DNA of 64,000 nucleotides from Naegleria gruberi (Eukaryota): NCBI GenBank assembly GCA_000004985.1, contig GG738866.1; one strand, 5' to 3'. Shown piece by piece: positions 56,856 to 64,000 of this stretch (position 1 is its first letter; each line of letters starts with the position of its first letter). The notes under the pieces were generated by a model. It saw only the letters and a program-made list of their open reading frames with translations, ran no database searches and was not told where the DNA came from. The position numbers and the translations under genes were made by a program.

Positions 56856-57461
56856 TTAACAAACACCATATCCACCACAACCACCACCATATCCATATCC
56901 TGCACCATAACCATAACCACCTCCATAACCACCTCCATAACCACCATAATATGGAACAGCTCCATAACCATAACCACCTCCGTAACCACCATAGTATGGG
57001 ACACCATAACCTCCGTAACCACCATAATATGGAGCAGGGTAGTAACTACTGTAAGCATTATTATTACCATAGCTAGTTGGTCCAACGTAATTGCTTCCAT
57101 AGCTTGAGTATGGATTTGAGCTAACTGCATTAATTTGATTACTGTAAGCTTGAGTATTTTGAGCATATTGATTGTAATTTCCTCCAGCAACTCCATAATT
57201 TTGACCAGCACCACCATTGTAACCATAATTGTTACCATAATTATTGGAAGAAGCACCACCACCATATCCACCATAGTATGGAATTGGAGCTACTGGTGGA
57301 ACAGCATAACCATAACCACCTCCATAACCACCACCACCACCATAGTAACCACCACCAGAAGTACTTGCAGAATCCTTCTTTTCCTTGTCATCAGATGCAT
57401 GAACTGCAACTGTTGCAATGAGAAGTGTTGCAATTGTAAATACAATGAATTGTTTAATCAT
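56856..57461 (-). CDS. Secreted glycine/tyrosine-rich structural-type protein.
   Basis: Signal peptide MIKQFIVFTIATLLIATVAVHA, then GGGYYGGGGGYGGGYGY...PYYGGYGGGYGYGAVPYYGGYGGGYGGGYGYGAGYGYGGGCGGYGVC (over 60% G, Y or N). Confidence 0.65.
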   Translation of the reverse strand: MIKQFIVFTIATLLIATVAVHASDDKEKKDSASTSGGGYYGGGGGYGGGYGYAVPPVAPIPYYGGYGGGASSNNYGNNYGYNGGAGQNYGVAGGNYNQYAQNTQAYSNQINAVSSNPYSSYGSNYVGPTSYGNNNAYSSYYPAPYYGGYGGYGVPYYGGYGGGYGYGAVPYYGGYGGGYGGGYGYGAGYGYGGGCGGYGVC

Positions 57462-57628
57462 ATTTTTTTGAATTGTTGATTCGAATAGTGATGGAAATCG
57501 TGGACTTTTATAGTGTTGGAAAGGTTATGGTGAGTAAACATTGAAGGACAATGAACAAATCTCTATTTGGAAAGTTTGTTGATTATCGATTATTACTTTT
57601 ATACTACATTCTCCAAAAAAGGTTTCGT

Positions 57629-58459
57629 TTAAAAATGCACAATTACTACAGAAACATTGTCTTTCGTTTTCTTTTCTAAGGCAGTTTGACAAAAATCGAA
57701 AGCAATTTCTTGGGAAGTTCTTGCCTTTTCAAATTTTAGTTCTTTGAACAAGTTTTCAACATTTTCATTGGTCAACTTGTCGAATAAACCATCACATGCT
57801 ATTAAAACACTTCCATGCTTTCCAGAAATATCAATGAATCTAATTTCAGGAGTGGATATAATTACATCAACCTCTAAATTTGGTTTGTTCAAAGTTGTCT
57901 TTACAGCTGGTTGTTTGTATTGAAAATCTCCAAACTATTGTTGATGATTAAGAATTTGATTAAGAGTAATCGAGAATAGAACTTACAGTTCTAGAAGGGA
58001 GTGTATTCACAACCTTAACTCCAATTTGTTGCATTCTTTCCTTTTCATAATGAGCTTTGTGATCTCTTGACATGACTGTGCATTCACATTGATTATTACT
58101 TTCACCAACAAATACCAAAGCTCTGCAATCTCCCAAATTTGCACAATAAACTGACTCACTGGTAAGAAAACAAACATTTGCAGCAGCTCCACAACTTGGT
58201 TTGATCTTTGAAAACTTTTGCTTTTCAATAAAGAGTTTTAAATTCAAGTCAACTTGTTCAAATGCTCGGATAAGAGCTTGTTCAATTGTATCCGATTCTT
58301 TTAATTTTTCTTTTAAAATTGATTCCAAATTACGAGAAACATATTCAGCAACTTCAATTCCTCCATGCCCATCAATTACGCCAAATAACCCACCACAATA
58401 ATCATTGTGCACATTTTTTTGTTTTTAAATTGTTCAATGTTCTCTGTTAAAGAGGACAT
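57629..58459 (-). CDS. PP2C-family Ser/Thr protein phosphatase. Exons (58413..58459 tentative), 57987..58412, 57629..57934 (52-nt intron). The 5' end is unresolved.
   Basis: LFGVIDGHGG, ...ANLGDCRALV, SRT|FGDFQYKQ, VLIACDGLFDKL, DNVSVVIVHF. The catalytic ORF starts at a GTG just after an in-frame TAA. An upstream ATG ORF (MSSLTENIEQFKNKK) is one nt out of frame across an A7 run. The usual RxxMED motif 1 was not found. Confidence 0.65.
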
Positions 58460-58604
58460 TCCACCAAAGAACAGTCAAAAGTAAGAGAACAATGAAATCT
58501 TGGACATTGTGAAGAAAACATGATAGTTTAATGATGAGGGCCTGTATGATGGGAGCTACTTCAAGCTACCAAAATCAGTCCAAAGTAGAGTACAAAATTA
58601 TTGA

Positions 58605-60702
58605 CTATTGTTGATTGATTTCATGTTGAACTTCATATGTGGCATATTGTAATGCCTTATCGGTTTGTGAAATGGCTGCCAAAACAATTGGCAAGTCACC
58701 TCTCAAAGTTTTAGAAGCAAAATAGAGTGTCATGCCATCCCTTTGAACAGCTATCTCTATTAATTGGTTTGAATTGAAAAAATAACTTACCATTTAAAAC
58801 AACTTCTCTATCATGTCTGAAATGATCTGGTACAAACTCGAGAGCTTTTGGATTAAGCTCGATCATATCTAATATGAATTGTTTTTGGGATTTAATTGAC
58901 TCGGGAGTATACTTCAATGATCTGGCATCTTGAAAGACAGCTGCTGAAATGACAGTGAGATCTCTTTTAAGGGTTGGTGTGGCATATTGGATAGCTGTTC
59001 CCTTTTGATTTACAGCTAAAAATACCGTGTCGACATCGTCCTTCAAAGCATCAGATGCATATTTTAGACAAATGCCTTTAACATTCAATACTTTTGCCAT
59101 GAATTCTTTGTTTGCTCTTAGTTCTACTCCTGCAAATTGAAGAGCATTCTCAAACACATCACCACAAGTTGTTGCTGCAAGATATGCCAATATTGGGTTC
59201 TTCTTCAAAGTAGTACTTGCATATTGAAGAGCCATTGGTCTGTTACGAATGGCCAATTCCACAATATCAAACTCATCTCTCAGTCTTTGAGAAATATGTT
59301 GCAATAGGAAACCATTTTGTTTTACAGCAGCCTTAGCAATATTTACATTGTCTTTGAGTGCAGCAGAGCATTCATGAAATGCTGAAGAATTATTTTGAAT
59401 AGCACAAAGGGCAACCTCTTCATCATCCTTCAATGTATCATTGGCATATCTAAACAAGCTACCGTTCTGAGTTACCATAGCTTTGACTATTGTTTTAAAG
59501 TTACAACTACTTGGAATCTCTCTGTATGTATGGAATGAATATGGAAGACTTTCTCTCTGTAAAATGGAACCAATGTTGTAGTGAACATGATAAAAGTGTT
59601 TCTTCTTCATCTGAATCCAATTCTTAAAATTTACAATCTCACTATGTTTTGTATGTTTAAACCAGAGAGAGCCATTCTGTTTACACAAGTGTATGAGTGT
59701 TGAGCCATCTGAAGTTTCACCAATCTTGACTTGTTCACCTTCATCTCTCCATTCACTAATAGGTAGCAACATGTTTGAAACGTGAAGGAATTTGTTATGC
59801 CAACTTGCTCTTCCATCACTCAATTCTATGAGAAAGGTCTTTAAATGATATGGAAGAATAACTTGAAATTTTCTTTCGAGTTGTGTAATGAGTATTGGAC
59901 TGACAGTGTCTTCGTTCAATGGTTTGAGAAGGCAAGAGTTTTCCAAATTCCATAGTCTGAACAAGTCTCTCTTCTCCACTTGCAAACAAGCTCTGTGAAA
60001 ATCAATGCTCACCCACTCTGCAATCTTTCTCGAAGAATCTTCCATGAAATTGAATATAATTTCAATAATATCACTTGGTAAATGACAGGATGGAACACAA
60101 GCTTGTGGGCTTTCTGGTGATTCGATAATTGATGGAGCACACGAAGTAGATGTTGAATTAATCTCTAAATATTTTGTATGGATATTTTGATGTGAGCATG
60201 TTTGATTGTCTGCATGGTGTTTAATTCTCTTCTTTGTCATTGGGAAGCAACTATCAGGAAGCTTGCTATCGAGAGGAGTTATCAAATCATATTCCTTCTG
60301 ACTATGGTCCAAATCATCCTCATGATGAGTTAATAATTCAGAATTGTGTTGTTCATCATCATAAACCTCTGAACATAATAGATTAACTTGAAAACCAGCT
60401 GATGCTCTTATTCTCTTCTTTACCTGTTGATGAGAACGATTGGGGAAAGGAATAATCACTTCGGGTCCTCTTTCATGATCCTTACGGCAATCCGTGAGTG
60501 TTAATGCTGTTGAATGATCATCATCTTTAATTGTATCAGTGTACTCTTCTTGTTGGTCAATGATTCTTCTTCCCACCAACAAACCGTGATGCTGCTTCCG
60601 TGCTGGTTGTGATGAAGCAGATGCTGTTGTTGTGGAGCCTCTGACAACATTCAAAGAATTGTATGGATTGTTTGTGGACATTTTATTGGAGTCAATTTTC
60701 AA
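58605..60702 (-). CDS. DUF4116-repeat protein with a large unique N-terminal region. Exons 58791..60702 and 58605..58756 (34-nt intron).
   Basis: C-terminal repeats: ...RYANDTLKDDEEVALCAIQNNSSAF..., LKYASDALKDDVDTVFLAVNQKGTAIQYATPTLKRDLTVISAAV..., FVPDHFRHDREVVLN|EIAVQRDGMTLYFASKTLRGDLPIVLAAISQTDKALQYA. GTAAGT donor. Confidence 0.6.
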
Positions 60703-61050
60703 TAATTACCTCTTGGTTTTTATTGCTTCGTTCAAAGAATAATGGAGTGCTTTGTAAACCAATAAATTGGTACACGGTGTTGTTGTGATGGTGTGGATGG
60801 TGGTAATCTGGTAATGAGTGGTTCCTTTATAATGATGATGAATTGTTCAATATGGCACACCTATCAGCTACAAAAGGAAGGTATGAGAGTTTGAAAAGGC
60901 GCCAATAAAATTACACAAATCAATATTTACGCTTAAAGACTGTAGTTGATGTATTGAATCGTGAAAAATCATGCAGTGGTAGGCTCATTATTGTATTTAA
61001 TGTTAAATACATAAATGAAAATGGTAATAGTATTTACAAAATGGAATTTA

Positions 61051-61938
61051 TTAAAAAACAATTTGTGCTCTTATTTGATCTAAAACTGAAAGAATGGCTT
61101 GAATTTTCACAATTTGCATCTTTCTTTGGTTTCTAATCCAATTACTTTCTTTGAATTCAATCGAGTCCAGTTCAATTGTTAAATTCATTAATTCACCATC
61201 AAATCTTGTAAGTTGTTTCAGTATTTGATTAGAATCAACTACTACTGTTGATGATTTGTTATTTTCTCTATCAGAAACAAATTGATCGACTCGTGACAAA
61301 ACATTTTCAATTTTGGTTGCAATATCGAACACCTTCACTCCATCATCTCCACCAAATCTTTCTTTCATTTTCTTAAGACGAATACTTTCCTTTTCAATAT
61401 CTTCTGTTGGTAATTCATATCTACAAGTTGGACAGGTATTATGTTCATTCAACCATGTACTCACACAATCTTTATGGAAAACGTGACCACAAGGAAGTCT
61501 TATCAGTTCATCACATTCTTCAAAATCACAAATGCAAACAGCACATGATTGGTCACAGTGTTCACCACATTGTGTCATAATTTGTTTTCGGAGAGGTGAC
61601 AATTTGTAAGTAGGTAATGATTCTAAAGCATTCTTTTTCGTTGGTGCCTTCTTATTGATTTGATCCTGTTGATATTGTTGGAAGGATTGATTGGCAAAAT
61701 CTGACATGTTTACATTATCGAACAGATTGGAGAACGGAACATTATTCGAATATTGCATATCATTTGGTGAGAAGAACATTGTTAATGGCACACCATAGAA
61801 ACAAAATTGTTGGTTTGTTTCTGGTTGCTGACGATGGTGATTACCATCTTGGATAAAAATTGGTAAATTGAATAGAATGTTAAACATTTTCTTTTGTAAT
61901 ATATTTGATCGCTTATTCACAACACCGCTTGTTGTCAA
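61051..61938 (-). CDS. RING-H2 E3 ubiquitin-ligase (RNF126/BCA2-like) with a C-terminal extension.
   Basis: CAVCICDFEECDELIRLPCGHVFHKDCVSTWLNEHNTCPTCRYEL (C3H2C3 RING-H2), preceded by a QQ-rich region. Confidence 0.7.
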   Translation of the reverse strand: MTTSGVVNKRSNILQKKMFNILFNLPIFIQDGNHHRQQPETNQQFCFYGVPLTMFFSPNDMQYSNNVPFSNLFDNVNMSDFANQSFQQYQQDQINKKAPTKKNALESLPTYKLSPLRKQIMTQCGEHCDQSCAVCICDFEECDELIRLPCGHVFHKDCVSTWLNEHNTCPTCRYELPTEDIEKESIRLKKMKERFGGDDGVKVFDIATKIENVLSRVDQFVSDRENNKSSTVVVDSNQILKQLTRFDGELMNLTIELDSIEFKESNWIRNQRKMQIVKIQAILSVLDQIRAQIVF

Positions 61939-62355
61939 TATTAAGATATTAAGACTTTTTTTTCAAGTTGGTTTTTCTTGTTTGTGTTTCGAATGGTCAT
62001 TTTTAACGTTTTGAAAAATGCGACAAACTATTTTTATGCGCAAAGGATTTTCCTCAGCTCTCGGAATGTGAAGGAAAATCAACTTCCGAACCTCAGATTC
62101 CGAAACTTTTATTAAATTGAAGTCAATGGTCTTTTACGCTCACTAACAGTAAAGGACTGTAAAGTTGAATTTGGTTTCTTCTGAGATTATTCAAGAATAT
62201 TGAGAAACGAAACCTTTTAGAAGGAAAAGCAAGGAGATAATTGTATTATGGATTGTTCTACAATGCTTTCAGAGAGAGATTGTTATTGGAATTGTTTTGG
62301 AATTAAAGATGTTGGAAACCTTACTCAATATCCTAAGAAAATCAGCTCCATAAGT

Positions 62356-62801
62356 TTACAAAAAGTTTGAGGTGGAATTGTTGAGGTTTTCGAGAACTCG
62401 TTTGTAGGTCTTGGCAGCTTTTTGATATCCCATATTGGCAGCTTTTTCGAATACTTTAATGGCCTCCATTTGATTTATATCTAAAAAGTAGCCACCTTGA
62501 TAAAGACAAGCCAGTATATAAATGAAAACAGGAGAATTAGGATTGAATTGACATTGTGCAACGAGAGGTTTCAAAATAGTAAAGGCCAAATCGTCGTATT
62601 TTTCTTTCCATGCTAACTTGCCGGTCTTGTAATATGCAAAAGGTATTAAAAAGTTTCCAGTGCATGATTGCTTGTAGTGATAGCTCTGAATACATTCTTC
62701 TCATATCCATTTCTTCCCTTCTCATAATAATACCCCTCAATATAGGAGATGTAATATTGAGCATCTTGATAGGTTTTGCCAGTTTTTGAGAAACACTCCA
62801 T
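62356..62801 (-). CDS. Small Sel1/TPR-like repeat protein. Exons 62694..62801 and 62356..62625 (68-nt intron).
   Basis: MECFSKTGKTYQDAQYYISYIEGYYYEKGRNGYEKN|TGKLAWKEKYDDLAFTILKPLVAQ...ACLYQGGYFLDINQMEAIKVFEKAANMGYQKAAKTY (Sel1-like LG.CY..G.G...A...F.KAA..G pattern). The splice unifies three ORF-track frames. Confidence 0.45.
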
Positions 62802-63264
62802 TGCTTAACAGTTTAAATAAACCTATGCTTTTTCTCTCTATAAGATCACTATTTCTCTTAGTGTTTTATATCGTTTCCTCAATGCCCTGAAAAAGAATTT
62901 TCAATGAAAATTTACTGTTTGTTTCCAAGTTACAAATTCTGTGGTTTAAGAATGAAATCTTTGAATCTCTCCTTTCGAATATTTGGTTGAGGTTTTGGAC
63001 ATTTGATAATGGATGGTGATTAATTCTGGTTCATTGTCTTGAGCTGTTTGAATGTCAAATTACCAATCACCAATTCAGTCTTCAATGATGAGATGGAGAA
63101 TCTGAAATGATTTAGACAGGATTGTTTGCTAATTAACCAATAAATTATGATCAAATTGAACTCAGTGGTACTGTAATAGTGAAAGGACTGCAAAGTTTCG
63201 TAAATATTGGGGTCATTCTAGAGTTCACGTTGTATTATTTGTGAACAATTTGAATAGTGAGAAA

Positions 63265-63947
63265 CTAATCCTCATCTGGGCCTTTAACATCAGCAGTCCA
63301 ATTACTCAAATTATCCCTCAATAATTGCAATATTAACGTTATCTCACTTGAAATGTCCTCACCAGATTCGATCAAAATCTCAAGTTCTTTCATAGCTTTT
63401 GAAAATGCTGTTTGTGCAATTTCCACAGCTTTTTCACACTCCCCTACAACCTCATATTTAAACACTGCCTGAGACAAAATCATTCCTAATCTAAGGGGAT
63501 TCAGAATACTCAATTTAGTGGAAAATTCATTTGATATTTCATAACATTCCAATGATTTTCCCTTCCAATCCAGTCCAGAATTTTGATAATCAACTCGTGC
63601 AATATTTCTGTACAAGTCTCCTTTTTGTTTCCAATAATAAACACAATCTTCTACTGATTGATCTTCCAATTGTAGAATTTTATCTATTATTTCAATAATT
63701 TCAACTGTAATTTCAATACATTTTTCTTGTAAATTTTTCATAAATCGTTCAGTCAACTTGACATTATGAAATTCATTCTTTGTTTCTAGTCTATCTCTTA
63801 TTGACAATACAACATGATGAGGAGTTGTATAACAAGCAATTACATTCTTATAGGCTACCAACAACAGGTTCCTCTCTTCATCAGTCGGTCGTGGTTGACT
63901 AGAGTTGAGAATTTGTAAAATCAAACTCTTTATTTCCACCATCATTT
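63265..63947 (-). CDS. Divergent 14-3-3 protein. 3' exon only: the acceptor is at 63948 and the 5' exon lies beyond the window end.
   Basis: EERNLLLVAYKNVIACYTTPHHVVLSI, KGDLYRNIARVDY, LILQLLRDNLSNWTAD (compare canonical ERNLLSVAYKNV, KGDYYRYLAE, LLRDNLTLWTSD). The N-terminal helix 1 is absent from this exon. Confidence 0.7.
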
Positions 63948-64000
63948 CTGCAAATAATATATTACTAATAGATCTTTGGTAAACTTGTACTCACCCTCAT

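Noticed and set aside
1-64000. Prokaryotic interpretation (operons, CRISPR, defence islands, phage)
   Set aside because: GT..AG introns restore conserved motifs in more than 15 genes, the tRNA and proteins are eukaryotic-type, there are no Shine-Dalgarno-spaced co-directional clusters, and no direct-repeat/spacer arrays. The bacterial-looking AAA-ATPase_like gene is a single embedded gene, not an island.
63995-64000. ATG AGG + GTGAGT at the window edge as the first exon of 14-3-3
   Set aside because: The phase does not match the acceptor at 63948 (it would create an immediate TGA). The true 5' exon is probably outside the window.

Overview
Eukaryotic nuclear DNA, not prokaryotic: this window is AT-rich (roughly 65-70% AT by eye), gene-dense and intron-poor, with about 40 protein-coding genes on both strands and one tRNA-Phe(GAA). 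Genes carry 0-4 spliceosomal introns, GT..AG, mostly 34-125 nt, with a strong GTAAGT donor consensus. Several proteins have N/Q/S/T- or G/Y-rich low-complexity tracts. There are no CRISPR arrays, operons, prokaryotic defence islands or obvious transposons. The ORF track was built with bacterial start rules (GTG/TTG counted as M) and ignores splicing, so several ORF 5' ends are artefacts; I joined exons by reading the sequence. Recognisable products are listed as features. The taxon cannot be fixed from sequence alone: the gene mix (Zn2Cys6, Blc lipocalin, DUF4116, bacterial-type AAA-ATPase_like) and N/Q tracts suggest an AT-rich unicellular eukaryote, possibly an amoebozoan or an early-diverging fungus, but this is low-confidence. 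The most interesting items are listed under findings: a bacterial-type AAA-ATPase_like + PD-(D/E)XK gene, a receptor cyclase with an SsuA/NMT1-type ectodomain, a head-to-head pair of protease-like paralogs, an 11-nt P450 micro-exon, several genes with single in-frame lesions, and tandem DOMON-like paralogs. All intron coordinates were derived by hand and may be off by 1-2 nt.
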